DNA of 64,000 nucleotides from positions 78,992 through 142,991 of the forward strand of contig CALJGL010000011.1 in the NCBI GenBank assembly GCA_938075155.1, written 5' to 3'. Source of the DNA: an uncultured bacterium (GTDB lineage Bacteria > Planctomycetota > UBA8108 > UBA1146). The position numbers were made by a program, and so were the translations under genes. The notes under the pieces were generated by a model. It was not told the DNA's origin, ran no database searches, and saw only the letters and a program-made list of their open reading frames with translations. How positions within the stretch are numbered: the first letter of the stretch is position 1; every line of letters starts with the position of its first letter. Below, one piece after another: positions 47,960 through 57,738 of this stretch.

Positions 47960-50260
47960 TTAGCGGTCTTCGTCTTGGTTTGAAGTGAGTTCGTCACAGT
48001 CCCACCAAACTTGGAATCCAGGCGGAGGCAACACCCAAGAGATCTCACTGAATTGGACCTCTGTTGAGATTCCATTGAGCAAGACCACAAGTTTCTGCTT
48101 CTCTTTATTGATCTTTTTGACTTCGCATACCTGCTGTAATCGGGGAACAAAGACCGAGTCTCCTTTTCGCAATGAACGTGCAGACTCCAGCCTTCGCTGG
48201 TTTAGTCGAGTCCCCGACCTGCTATCTTCAAGCAAGGATCGAAGTTCTGACAAGACGACTCCTCTTTCACCGGTCAGTTCCCCAATGCGATTCAAGGCCG
48301 ACTCCACCTGATCAATCACAGAATGAACACGCTGCTCCTCAGATCGCTCCAGTTCATACTCAAGTGCACCACGAGTATTTCTCTGGTCGATACTTTGTTG
48401 CTCTACGTCTCTGGCCAACTGCTTCGCTTTGTCGCCATGCTGCTGAGCTTCTCGAACTCTTCTCTCTAGGTCAGATTGAGATCTCCGCAAGCCCTCGATC
48501 ACTTCAGGATCAATTCCTGTCTCTTTTTCACTTCTCTCTCTCGCCACTGACACGACATCGGCTGGCATACCGATTCTCTCAGCGATCACGAGTGCATTCG
48601 ATCGACCAGGAAGCCCTACTTTCAGTTTGTAGGTAGGAGCCAATTTCTCCGGATCGAATTCCATAGCCGCATTTTCACATTTCCTCCTGCGATATGCGTA
48701 TTCCTTCAGACGCCCGAGGTGCGTCGTCACCAACGCCATCGTCCCCTTCTCATAGAGACGATCAAGAACGGCCTCAGCCAAAGGAGCACCTTCAAGAGGA
48801 TCTGTTCCCGAACCCAATTCATCGAGAAGTACGAGACTTCTACTTGTTGAGGACTGGAGAATGGAAGCAACAATCGTGACATGAGCAGAAAAGGTAGAGA
48901 GATCCTGCTGCAAACTTTGTTCATCTCCAATATCTGCAAAAATCTGGTCAAAGACCGGTATTCGAGATCCGGGACTGACAGGAATAGGAAGACCACAAGC
49001 GACCATCATCGAGAGTAAACCCACTGTTTTTAGAACAACGGTTTTCCCACCCGTATTTGGTCCAGTGACTACGAGTTGGTAGCGATTAGGTTTCAGTTGC
49101 AAATCGAGGTGAGTGATCGTTTCGTATGCTTTTTCGAGTCCGTGATCATCGTGGCCATGGATTTCAAGTTCTCGCCATATCAAAAGCGGATGACGGGCTT
49201 GAATCAGTAATAAATCTCGTTCTTCAACAATCTCAGGAATTTCACAGCCAAGACTTTGAGCAAACTTCGATTTTGCTTGGATCACATCCAGTTCAACAAG
49301 GTGATTCCAGAGCTCCATGACTTTTTCATGCTTCAACCAAACTTCGCGGGAGAGTTCTCCTAATATCCTTCTCTGCTCTTGCTGGATTCTCTCTTGTACA
49401 CGCTGAAGTTTATTTCCAGTCCTGACAACCTGCTCTGGCTCCAAGAATAGAGTCTGTCCAGAAGCAGACTCGGCATGAACAACTCCTCGCACTTGATGTC
49501 GACACTCGGCGCGAACCGACCAGCAAAATCGCCCATTCCTTGGAGTAATCACCGAACTTTGTAAAAACTTCTTCCAGGGACTTTTGTCTCTTTGAGATTC
49601 GAGCCATTCCCTAATTTCCTTCTCTAGGGCGCGAGCTTCTTTTCGGAGATCGAAAATTTTTGAGGAAGCGCTATCCAATATTTCACCATGAGAGGATAGC
49701 GTCTTTTCCAACTTCTCTCTCAAGGCCGGAAGGTCCGTTAACTGAAGGGCACGTTGTTTCAAATGAGGATATTCGTCCTCCTCAAGAACTCTTCGTAGAG
49801 ATCTCGCTCTATCTAGAACCCTAGCGACGATCGATAGCTGAGGACCATCCAGAAGTTGCCCGCCCGAACTCCCATCTCGACCAAGAATTTTACTCAGATC
49901 ACCTAATCCGGATAATCCCAGTTGAAGGCCATCATTCAGTCGTGTGGTCAGTTCCCCGACTTCAGCAAGCCGAGATCGAACAATTGAGGGAGATGTTTCA
50001 GGTTGGAGCTCAGTGATTCTATGTTTCCCCACCCGAGTTGAGGCACTCGCGGAGACAAGACGAAGCAACTCAGAAAGTTCAAGCCGACGTTCTGAGTCGG
50101 CCTTTTCGTAGCGAGGGAGAGAGACGCTTCCTTTTGCAGGAAGTTTCTTTTTCCCTTTGCGGTTTCTGTTTTTGGAATGAGGGCGCTGATCATTGCCATT
50201 ATTCCCTTGCTCGGGTTTCCCTTGCCTTTGGTCACTCGACTTCGCTTCCTCGTCTTGCAC
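47960..50260 (-). CDS. mutS2: MutS2-family protein (MutS domain V ATPase plus coiled-coil/KOW-like region) without a C-terminal Smr domain
   Basis: Walker A VVTGPNTGGKTVVLKTVGL and a DELGSGTDPLEG motif. The N-terminus resembles MutS2 (SASTRVGKHRITELQP). It ends 23 aa after the KOW-like GDSVFVPRLQQVCEV segment, with no LDLRG...HGKG Smr-like sequence. Confidence 0.75.
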   Translation of the reverse strand: MQDEEAKSSDQRQGKPEQGNNGNDQRPHSKNRNRKGKKKLPAKGSVSLPRYEKADSERRLELSELLRLVSASASTRVGKHRITELQPETSPSIVRSRLAEVGELTTRLNDGLQLGLSGLGDLSKILGRDGSSGGQLLDGPQLSIVARVLDRARSLRRVLEEDEYPHLKQRALQLTDLPALREKLEKTLSSHGEILDSASSKIFDLRKEARALEKEIREWLESQRDKSPWKKFLQSSVITPRNGRFCWSVRAECRHQVRGVVHAESASGQTLFLEPEQVVRTGNKLQRVQERIQQEQRRILGELSREVWLKHEKVMELWNHLVELDVIQAKSKFAQSLGCEIPEIVEERDLLLIQARHPLLIWRELEIHGHDDHGLEKAYETITHLDLQLKPNRYQLVVTGPNTGGKTVVLKTVGLLSMMVACGLPIPVSPGSRIPVFDQIFADIGDEQSLQQDLSTFSAHVTIVASILQSSTSRSLVLLDELGSGTDPLEGAPLAEAVLDRLYEKGTMALVTTHLGRLKEYAYRRRKCENAAMEFDPEKLAPTYKLKVGLPGRSNALVIAERIGMPADVVSVARERSEKETGIDPEVIEGLRRSQSDLERRVREAQQHGDKAKQLARDVEQQSIDQRNTRGALEYELERSEEQRVHSVIDQVESALNRIGELTGERGVVLSELRSLLEDSRSGTRLNQRRLESARSLRKGDSVFVPRLQQVCEVKKINKEKQKLVVLLNGISTEVQFSEISWVLPPPGFQVWWDCDELTSNQDEDR

Positions 50261-50306
50261 TCGAAGATGGTCCTCTCAGGAGTTCCTCAGAGGACGTTGC
50301 AGTATT

Positions 50307-51728
50307 TCAGCAATCCTCTTCGACTTGAATGTGCAGGGAATCTCCCCCACGAAGAATCTCGCGGGCACGATTCATACACTCGATAGCGTTATCACGCCCT
50401 CTAGCGCAGCCCATCGTACCTCCTCCTCGGATTTCGGGAAGAACCTCTTTGATCCTTCGGATCAAACTCTCTGGCACAACATTCTCAGGCGGTTCCAGTA
50501 GAACCCAGATCTCTTGCCCCGAGTATTCGATCCAATCGGACTTCCGAAGTATTCCACGTAACTTCCTGACAGTCTCTTCAGGATCTCCGAGTTCCTCGAT
50601 GACGATGACGCCCGGTTTCACACAACTACGTTCAGAAGCATAGAGACGCGATTGCAACAGTCGTTCAAACCTGATTGTGGGATCCTCAAAGGACGGAGAG
50701 CCATCTCCTCGGGTTGCGGGAATAAGATTCTCGATATTCGGAAGCAATCCGAGTGCTCCCCAAAAGACAGATCTCGCCGACAGGGAGTCGACAGGCAAGA
50801 GCCCCAACCAGCAATCTTCCGCGGGAAGACCCATAAATGGTCCCAAAGTCCCAGGTTCTGATGGAAGAGGCGAGTTCCTAGTGATTTCATCACCCAACGC
50901 CCGAAAAACTTCTCCGGGATCTCGCCCACCCACTTTCACATCATGGGAATCCTCTTTGGGACGTAATTCAGCCCAGCCAAAAAATGCTTCATCACTTTCG
51001 GCCCAACGCTTGATGGCTTCCGTAGAAGTTTCGCCGGTCTGACGAGCATTCAGCAATGCTTCAACAAACTGAATCAAGTTCATACTGATCGCCGGGGCTA
51101 CATATTTTTCTTTCAAATCCAGTTCCTGCTCAAGAGGTTCATAAACAGCCTGACTTAATTCCGAGAATTCATCTTTTTGCCATTCGAGCCTAATGTCTTC
51201 AACTCCAACTTCACGTGGAAAGGAATCCGTCATTTTCTCAGGTGGATGATTCCCCAAAAAGAGCTGCTCAATGATTTTATGATTCACATCCGAATCAAGA
51301 GGACGAACGAGGCTCCATAATGGTCCATAAGTTCCTGATCGATCTTCGCCTCGTAGAATGGCGACTGGTTTATTTCCTGCCCATTCGAGAAGATCATCAG
51401 CATTCTTTACAAATTCTTCCGTGACGATAACTCCACAATACCTACTAATATCTTGTCCATGTGAATCCGGCTGTGTGATGACGATGAAGCATTTATCGGG
51501 TCCCCAGCGCAGGTTCAAGGCGACAACATCATCCCCGTTCTTTTTCCCACCAAGAATCAGCACGCCTTGCTGTTTGGGGAGATCACCACTTCGAGCGGAC
51601 TCTTCAACAAGTTGATTTTGTTTCTCGCTAAGTTCATAGATTTCACGGGATAATGAATCTGAGTTTTTTCGACGGCCATCACGGCCGATAAGAAAGTCCG
51701 CGCTCGGGTCCTTTTCTTCAGCCATCAC
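50307..51728 (-). CDS. Hypothetical protein with C-terminal degenerate GGDEF-like domain (RxxD I-site retained, GG[DE]EF replaced by GQEIW)
   Basis: The C-terminal ~130 aa align by eye to the GGDEF fold: PGVIVIEELGD ~ LLLIDIDHF; RKSDWIEYSGQEIWVLLEP ~ RxxDxxxRYGGEEFVVLLP; MGCARG...RAREILRGG ~ IGVA...ADxALYxAKxxGRN. The N-terminal ~330 aa is unassigned. Confidence 0.55.
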   Translation of the reverse strand: MMAEEKDPSADFLIGRDGRRKNSDSLSREIYELSEKQNQLVEESARSGDLPKQQGVLILGGKKNGDDVVALNLRWGPDKCFIVITQPDSHGQDISRYCGVIVTEEFVKNADDLLEWAGNKPVAILRGEDRSGTYGPLWSLVRPLDSDVNHKIIEQLFLGNHPPEKMTDSFPREVGVEDIRLEWQKDEFSELSQAVYEPLEQELDLKEKYVAPAISMNLIQFVEALLNARQTGETSTEAIKRWAESDEAFFGWAELRPKEDSHDVKVGGRDPGEVFRALGDEITRNSPLPSEPGTLGPFMGLPAEDCWLGLLPVDSLSARSVFWGALGLLPNIENLIPATRGDGSPSFEDPTIRFERLLQSRLYASERSCVKPGVIVIEELGDPEETVRKLRGILRKSDWIEYSGQEIWVLLEPPENVVPESLIRRIKEVLPEIRGGGTMGCARGRDNAIECMNRAREILRGGDSLHIQVEEDC

Positions 51729-51850
51729 AACTCCTCAATTGAAATCATTCGGAAACAAGTCCAGTACAGATATAAGCCAGCCACAGGTACGAGGCCGTGA
51801 TAGTACGATGAAACCCTCATGAATCCTCGAGGTCAAGCATCAGGGTCGAA

Positions 51851-53074
51851 TCAGCGGATTTCCGTATAGCGCCCAAAGTTACGCGAGGAGATACGACGGA
51901 GGAATTCTCCGGCCCTCTTCTCATCCTGATCTTTCGCTGTTCCAGCGAAAAAGCCAATACAATGCACCCGAACTCCCCTGTAACGATTCCAGGTCGAAAC
52001 AGCCTCTTCGATCAGCAAACTGGATGTTTCTTTTCCAGCTGTCGGAGATCCGTCTGACAACAGATAAATAGTATCGACTTCCCGATGAGAAAAGGCGTTC
52101 TGGAGTGCATCGTATGTGTTCGTTTCCCCACCGGCTTCCAGATTATCAACAAAAGTCATCGCCTTTTTGATCAAGCTCCCTTTTGACTTTATCAATTTGG
52201 GAGACATCACCTGCAAATCTTCTGAAAAAGCAACCACAGTAAACTTACTCTTGGTGGTTAGCCCATCTTGCAAGACTCGTTTCAATTGGTTCCTTGCGAT
52301 TTCCATTCTGCTATCACCAACGGTTGTACTCGCCAACATGCTGCCAGAAATGTCGAGGAGGAAAACAACTCTGTCGCTGGCGATCTCTCCATAGAGGCCT
52401 TCTTTTACAGCCGTGGTGAGCGGCTTCTCTTCTGACATATCCGATTCGGAAATAATAGGACTCGGCTTCCAATCCTTCTTTTTATTCTCCCACCAGATCT
52501 TCCAACCTGAGGAATCGAGAGGGAAAGTCTCTCCGGTAAAGTTCTCTAATATGTCGCTGATGTCCTCGCGAAGTCGACCGTCAGCTTTTTCCAATAGTTT
52601 TATCAGTGCTGAAACCACATCTGAATGTGGATGATCCCTCAGCATTCGAACTGCAAAGGTCACAATCCAATCGGTTTTATCCTCAAGACGGTCGACAAAT
52701 TCCTTACGAGATTCGTCTTTAGGCCACGATTGCATCACTCTCATCGCATCAATCTGTGTTTCGAATCTTCGTGAACGCCGAACAATTTGTACAATACGGT
52801 CGTGAGCCCCTTCCGACTTTAACCCGCGAGCAATCCTTAAGGCTTCTTCATGAACCATGAGTGAAGGGTGTGACATACCCTTTTCAATCAGGATTAAGGC
52901 CGTGCCTCCCCCATCGAACTCAGCCAGAGACTCCATCGCATCGCAGATACCAGATTCGTCTCCAGATTTCAGGGCTTTCATAAATAAAGCCTGCGATTCC
53001 GGGAAATCACTCTCTGGAAATGCTGAAAGGGGAAGAGACAGTGTCAGTAAGAAAAATAGATTCAACATTTTCAT
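51851..53074 (-). CDS. Secreted von Willebrand factor A (vWA) domain protein with N-terminal HEAT/ARM-like helical region
   Basis: Signal peptide MKMLNLFFLLTLSLPLSAF. MIDAS-type motifs VFLLDISGSM...GGETNTYDAL...IYLLSDGSPT. Confidence 0.75.
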   Translation of the reverse strand: MKMLNLFFLLTLSLPLSAFPESDFPESQALFMKALKSGDESGICDAMESLAEFDGGGTALILIEKGMSHPSLMVHEEALRIARGLKSEGAHDRIVQIVRRSRRFETQIDAMRVMQSWPKDESRKEFVDRLEDKTDWIVTFAVRMLRDHPHSDVVSALIKLLEKADGRLREDISDILENFTGETFPLDSSGWKIWWENKKKDWKPSPIISESDMSEEKPLTTAVKEGLYGEIASDRVVFLLDISGSMLASTTVGDSRMEIARNQLKRVLQDGLTTKSKFTVVAFSEDLQVMSPKLIKSKGSLIKKAMTFVDNLEAGGETNTYDALQNAFSHREVDTIYLLSDGSPTAGKETSSLLIEEAVSTWNRYRGVRVHCIGFFAGTAKDQDEKRAGEFLRRISSRNFGRYTEIR

Positions 53075-53688
53075 GGCCTTTCTTCTCGAATGATCTTCAC
53101 GATGGCTTTTTTCAAATCTGATCGGGATTGATTTTGCTCGATGACACCATCCGAAATGACTCGGTCTAAACTTCTCGCCAACAATTGTCGATGATCAGCA
53201 TCTGTTTTCACCAGAATACTAACAAGCTCGTGCAGCACATGATCTGCTAAGGTATCCACGACAACCTCTGGTGCTATCGCAGCCAACTTTACTAATTCTT
53301 CTTCAAAGGTGTCGGGCTCCGAATCGTTGTCACGATAATGAGCCTTCAGATCCTGAACGCGCTCAGAGTTACGATAACTAGATCCAGATTCTTGAAGATG
53401 CTTGCTTTCCGCTTGGATAAACAGAATCGCAGTTTCACCGATCTCGATGATAGATCCATGCTCCAAATCGGCACTCTGGATGCTTTCACCATCCAGGAAA
53501 GTCCCATTCGAACTCCCTAAATCAGTGCATATCACACGATCAACATCCCGAGTGAGAGCGCAGTGCTGACGACTGAGAATGGGATCTTGAATGGTCACAT
53601 TACAAGAACTCGATCGACCAAAAATCAATGTTCCGTCAATGATACGCATCGATTGATAACGGCCTTCGGATGAAACAACTATTTTCAT
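53071..53688 (-). CDS. FHA domain-containing protein
   Basis: LIFGRSSSCNVTIQDPILSRQHCAL...DLGSSNGTFLDGESI is the canonical FHA core (GR...S..H, SxNGT). 4-nt overlaps with both neighbours. Confidence 0.8.
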   Translation of the reverse strand: MKIVVSSEGRYQSMRIIDGTLIFGRSSSCNVTIQDPILSRQHCALTRDVDRVICTDLGSSNGTFLDGESIQSADLEHGSIIEIGETAILFIQAESKHLQESGSSYRNSERVQDLKAHYRDNDSEPDTFEEELVKLAAIAPEVVVDTLADHVLHELVSILVKTDADHRQLLARSLDRVISDGVIEQNQSRSDLKKAIVKIIREERP

Positions 53689-54140
53689 GAGTCAGTTTCC
53701 TGAGAGTTGATCGTTGCTTTTGCGAGATCGACTAATTCGGCAGGAAGTCGAACAGGGCGCCTCTTCTTCATATCCACACTGGCGAGCACCGTGGCCCCAG
53801 TGCTGAGAAGATCACCCTTTGAATTCTTGACACGATATTCCAGATGGATTCGTGCCCCCTCACATGAAACTGGGATCGTTTCGATTTCGAGAAGGTCGTC
53901 ATAAAATGCGGGCCTCAGGTATCTGACCGATACTTCAGAGACGAGCAATGAGATGCCTCTCTCCTCAAGAATACGATATGGCAAACCTCGTTGACGCAGC
54001 CACTCTGTTCGAGCGGTCTCAAACCAAACGACATAACGGGAATGATGGATGATTCCACCCTGATCCGTTTCCTCATATCGAGGTCTCAATCTCAGAACAC
54101 CTTCACGATCAGGTTCTGAGCCAGTGACGTCTCTCATCAC
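53685..54140 (-). CDS. Acyl-CoA thioesterase, hotdog fold (YbgC/4HBT family)
   Basis: RPRYEETDQGGIIHHSRYVVWFETARTEWLRQRG is the hotdog thioesterase active-site region. 151 aa. Confidence 0.75.
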   Translation of the reverse strand: MMRDVTGSEPDREGVLRLRPRYEETDQGGIIHHSRYVVWFETARTEWLRQRGLPYRILEERGISLLVSEVSVRYLRPAFYDDLLEIETIPVSCEGARIHLEYRVKNSKGDLLSTGATVLASVDMKKRRPVRLPAELVDLAKATINSQETDS

Positions 54141-54406
54141 TGCTGCTCCTCTGAATTACCTGAAAGCTTGTCAAATCGGTGCTGAAACATTCGCCGAATC
54201 TCTGCTCGGGGATAACCCAAGTCGCAAAGTCTCAAGTACGACTTCACCGCTTTGACGCTCTGATCGTCATACAAATACCTTCCCGATTCGGTCACAAGAG
54301 CCGGGTGGATGAGACGCATCGTTACCAGAGACTGAAGCAACTGCCGGGAAATCCCGGTTTGCTCCATCAAGTCCTTTGGTTTTAGCCAGTTCGTTTCGCT
54401 ACACAT
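54137..54406 (-). CDS. Small MerR-like HTH DNA-binding protein
   Basis: 89 aa. LKPKDLMEQTGISRQLLQSLVTMRLIH resembles a MerR-type HTH. First gene of the FHA/vWA operon. Confidence 0.5.
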   Translation of the reverse strand: MCSETNWLKPKDLMEQTGISRQLLQSLVTMRLIHPALVTESGRYLYDDQSVKAVKSYLRLCDLGYPRAEIRRMFQHRFDKLSGNSEEQQ

Positions 54407-54474
54407 AGTTACAGGTTAACACGGACTCCCATCTCAGGAAACGCAAGGTAGACTGTCTCTGGGAGGAATTGGAA

Positions 54475-55257
54475 ATGAAATGGCATTGGATTCGACTGGA
54501 GGAGACCTCCAGCACTCAAATTGTGGCGAAGCAACTTGCAGAAGAAGATCCAGGTCAACACAGGATCGTGATCGCTCGTCGACAAAATTCCGGAAAAGGT
54601 CGTCGTGGAAATTCCTGGCAGAGCCCTGAGGGAGGCCTTTGGTGCACTTTGTCGATTCCGCTGAAGGGCCCCCCTGATCCATTCCTCAATCTACTCTTAG
54701 CATTAGCGGTCCAAGAGGGTGTTTTGGCCCTCCTCAAGGTATCTACAGGGCTCTCTATGAAATGGCCCAATGACCTTCTGGCGAGGGGACAAAAATGGGG
54801 AGGAATACTCTCTGAGGTGATCTCAGCGGGGAATGGGCAAGAAGTATTGATGGGACTCGGGCTGAATCTTCAGATTTCTGCCGCTGACCTTCAAAAAGAA
54901 ACCGAAATCCCCTCCGATGCGACCTCTATCATGGCGGAATTCGGGCAGAGTCCCTCCCCTGAAGAGTCTCTGGAAAGTATCCTGTCAGTGTTCGAAGAGA
55001 CCCTGAAAGAAGATACATCCCCTGGCGGTCGATCCCGAAATCGGCTGAGAATTGCATCTCATCTGGATACCATCGGCAGATCGATCATTTGGAAGGATCT
55101 TCAGGGCAACATTGGAGAGGGTGAAGCAGTGTCCATCGCCGAAGATGGAGCACTGATCGTCGAAATCGACTCAGCAGGTTCAAAACGCATGCTGGAATTG
55201 AGATCCGGAGAAGTCCACCACGTGCGGCCTGCAAATGATGGGTCCATGCCATCATGA
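54475..55257 (+). CDS. birA: Biotin--[acetyl-CoA-carboxylase] ligase (group I, no N-terminal HTH)
   Basis: GRGRRGNSWQSPEGGLWCTLSI matches the BirA GRGRRG-W-SP-G-L biotin-binding loop. The track start is a TTG at 54469; the ATG at 54475 with GGGAGG 8 nt upstream is more plausible. Confidence 0.8.
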   Translation: MKWHWIRLEETSSTQIVAKQLAEEDPGQHRIVIARRQNSGKGRRGNSWQSPEGGLWCTLSIPLKGPPDPFLNLLLALAVQEGVLALLKVSTGLSMKWPNDLLARGQKWGGILSEVISAGNGQEVLMGLGLNLQISAADLQKETEIPSDATSIMAEFGQSPSPEESLESILSVFEETLKEDTSPGGRSRNRLRIASHLDTIGRSIIWKDLQGNIGEGEAVSIAEDGALIVEIDSAGSKRMLELRSGEVHHVRPANDGSMPS

Positions 55258-55278
55258 CGATGTAGAAAAGGTATTCCG

Positions 55279-56901
55279 ATGACTCAGGACAGCCACCCCG
55301 GTGGTGACTGGCTAGAGCGATGCTGGCGACCCTTCGTCGAGAAGCACCCTGAACGTCAGGATCACTTTCTGACCGCTGGGGGTCTTCCGATAGGTCCCAT
55401 GCAAGCTCATGACCTCAATGAGCCCGGTGCAGGGGAATTCCCATTCACTCGGGGAATCCATCCCAGTATGTACCGAGGTCGACTCTGGACGATGCGCCAG
55501 TATGCGGGCTACTCCTCCCCTACTGAGACCAATGCTCGGTTTCGCTATCTCCTTGAAAAGGGTCAAACCGGATTGTCCGTCGCTTTCGATTTGCCGACAC
55601 AGATCGGCTATGACAGTGACGCCCCTGCCTCGTTAGGTGAAGTGGGAAGAGTGGGTGTTCCCATCAATACGATCGACGACCTGGATTTACTTCTCGATAG
55701 CATTCCTATCGATTCGGTCAGTATTTCAATGACGATCAATTCCACTGCTCCAATTCTTCTTGCGTTACTGGTCGCATTAGCAAAACGCAGAGGAGTGGAT
55801 CCGAAAAAACTACGTGGAACTTTTCAAAACGATATTCTTAAAGAATTTATTGCGAGGGGAACTCAAAGATTCCCGGTAGAGCCATCGATGAGGCTCGTTG
55901 TTGATGTCATAGAGTACTGCCAACAGGAAGTGCCTTCATTTTATCCCATTAGCATCAGTGGCTACCATATCCGCGAAGCGGGCTCGACTGCTGCTCAAGA
56001 GATCGCATTTACACTTGCAGATGGTATCGCTTACATGGAAGCCTGCAAAAATCGAGGACTAGACCTCGTAGCTGTCGGTAGGCGACTCTCGTTCTTCTTC
56101 AACTCCCATAACCAACTCTTCGAAGAGATAGCGAAATTCCGTGCGGCTCGTCGTATGTGGGCAAATATTTGCAGATCACGATTCGGGCTCACCGATGAAA
56201 AGGCTTGCCAACTGAGGTTCCACAGTCAAACCGGTGGCTCCACACTCCAAGCCATGGAACCCTCCAATAATGTGGTACGTGTGACGATCCAAGCCATCGC
56301 TGCAATCCTAGGTGGCACACAATCTCTTCACACCAACGGTTGGGACGAAGCATTGTCTTTACCGAGTGAGGAAGCGGCCAGTCTTGCTCTTCGTACCCAA
56401 CAAATTATTGCGAAAGAATCAGGAATCCCCGATAGCGTCGATCCACTGGGAGGTTCTCCATTTATTGAAGAGCTGACCGATGGAATTGAAAAAGAGGCTC
56501 TATCCCTCATCGAGGATATTGACGAACGAGGAGGAATGATCCATGCCATCAGAGATGGGTTTGCAAGAAGAGCTATCGAAGACAGTGCATACCGAGCACA
56601 ATTAGATCAAGATTCGGGTGTATCAACTCCAGTAGGAGTCGAGCGAGACGGCGAAATTCCAGATGCGCCCTTTAGTGTTGATCCTGCGGTTGAAGCAATG
56701 CGAAAATCGTCTCTTGAAAAACACAGGGAAAATCGTGACAACGATCTTGTTCAAAATCATTTAGTAAAAATCGAAGAGGCTGCTCGTGGTGAAGTAAATA
56801 TGATTCCGGTGATGATTAACGCTTTGGAGTCGGGCTGCACTCTTGGAGAAATTTGTTCGGCTCTCACCGGAGTATTTGGGGAGTTTCAAGACCATGGCTA
56901 G
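55279..56901 (+). CDS. Methylmalonyl-CoA mutase, large catalytic (TIM-barrel, substrate-binding) subunit, split form
   Basis: FTRGIHPSMYRGRLWTMRQYAGYSSPTETNARFRYLLEKGQTGLSVAFDLPTQIGYDSD is the conserved MCM N-terminal core. 540 aa with no B12 domain. Confidence 0.85.
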   Translation: MTQDSHPGGDWLERCWRPFVEKHPERQDHFLTAGGLPIGPMQAHDLNEPGAGEFPFTRGIHPSMYRGRLWTMRQYAGYSSPTETNARFRYLLEKGQTGLSVAFDLPTQIGYDSDAPASLGEVGRVGVPINTIDDLDLLLDSIPIDSVSISMTINSTAPILLALLVALAKRRGVDPKKLRGTFQNDILKEFIARGTQRFPVEPSMRLVVDVIEYCQQEVPSFYPISISGYHIREAGSTAAQEIAFTLADGIAYMEACKNRGLDLVAVGRRLSFFFNSHNQLFEEIAKFRAARRMWANICRSRFGLTDEKACQLRFHSQTGGSTLQAMEPSNNVVRVTIQAIAAILGGTQSLHTNGWDEALSLPSEEAASLALRTQQIIAKESGIPDSVDPLGGSPFIEELTDGIEKEALSLIEDIDERGGMIHAIRDGFARRAIEDSAYRAQLDQDSGVSTPVGVERDGEIPDAPFSVDPAVEAMRKSSLEKHRENRDNDLVQNHLVKIEEAARGEVNMIPVMINALESGCTLGEICSALTGVFGEFQDHG

Positions 56902-57310
56902 AAGCGGACCCATCAGAATCCTATTGGCGAAACCTGGACTCGACGGTCATGACCGTGGAATCCGGCTTGTGCTTCGTGCGCTCAGAGATGCTGGAATGGA
57001 AGTCATCTACACGGGCCTGCGAACGAGTCCTGAACAGATCGTCAGAGCAGCCATCGAAGAGGACGTTGAGGCAATAGGCCTCTCCAGTTTGTCAGGGGCC
57101 CATGAAACTCATTTCCTTGAAGTTTCGAGACTCCTCACTGAACAAGGCGCAGAAGATGTCTTGTTGTTTGGAGGCGGCATCATTCCTAAACAGGATCTGG
57201 ACTCACTGAATAACGCTGGCTTTCATCGTCTCTATCCGCCTGGAACACCACTAGAACAGATCGTAGCCGACCTCCAACAGCAACTCCGATCGAAAAGAAA
57301 GGGCGAGTGA
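56894..57310 (+). CDS. Methylmalonyl-CoA mutase small subunit, cobalamin-binding domain
   Basis: MARSGPIRILLAKPGLDGHDRGIRLVLRALRDAGMEVIYTGL contains the DxHxxG B12-binding motif (DGHDRG). 8-nt overlap with the catalytic subunit gene. Confidence 0.85.
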   Translation: MARSGPIRILLAKPGLDGHDRGIRLVLRALRDAGMEVIYTGLRTSPEQIVRAAIEEDVEAIGLSSLSGAHETHFLEVSRLLTEQGAEDVLLFGGGIIPKQDLDSLNNAGFHRLYPPGTPLEQIVADLQQQLRSKRKGE

Positions 57311-57738
57311 TGATTGCAGGACTTCAGATTGATCACGTCGGCATTGCCGTGAAATCAATCGAAAAATCACTCCAGCTTTGGAGAGACGGCTTAGGGGCCT
57401 CTGTCTCAGAAAAGGAAGAAGTTCCATCTCAAAAAGTGTTGGTAGCATTCCTCAACACAGGAGAAGGAAAAACAGAACTACTCGAACCTACCTCCGATGA
57501 CTCCCCTATCGCTCGATTTATCGAGAAAAAGGGTGAGGGAATTCATCATATTGCATACAAAACTGAAGACTTGTCCTCAACATTGACACGTCTCAAAGAA
57601 CAAGGTGCACAGTTAATCTATGATGAGGCTCAACCTGGTAGTCACGGAACGATGATTAACTTCATCCACCCAGCGACTTCTGGAGGAGTACTCATAGAAC
57701 TCGTGCAATACCCTGCCGCTCGAGAGGAGCTCTCCTGA
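57307..57738 (+). CDS. Methylmalonyl-CoA epimerase (VOC/glyoxalase fold)
   Basis: [23 protein letters not shown]...[29 protein letters not shown] is the MCE signature (metal ligands H, E, H). 143 aa. Confidence 0.8.
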   Translation: MMIAGLQIDHVGIAVKSIEKSLQLWRDGLGASVSEKEEVPSQKVLVAFLNTGEGKTELLEPTSDDSPIARFIEKKGEGIHHIAYKTEDLSSTLTRLKEQGAQLIYDEAQPGSHGTMINFIHPATSGGVLIELVQYPAAREELS

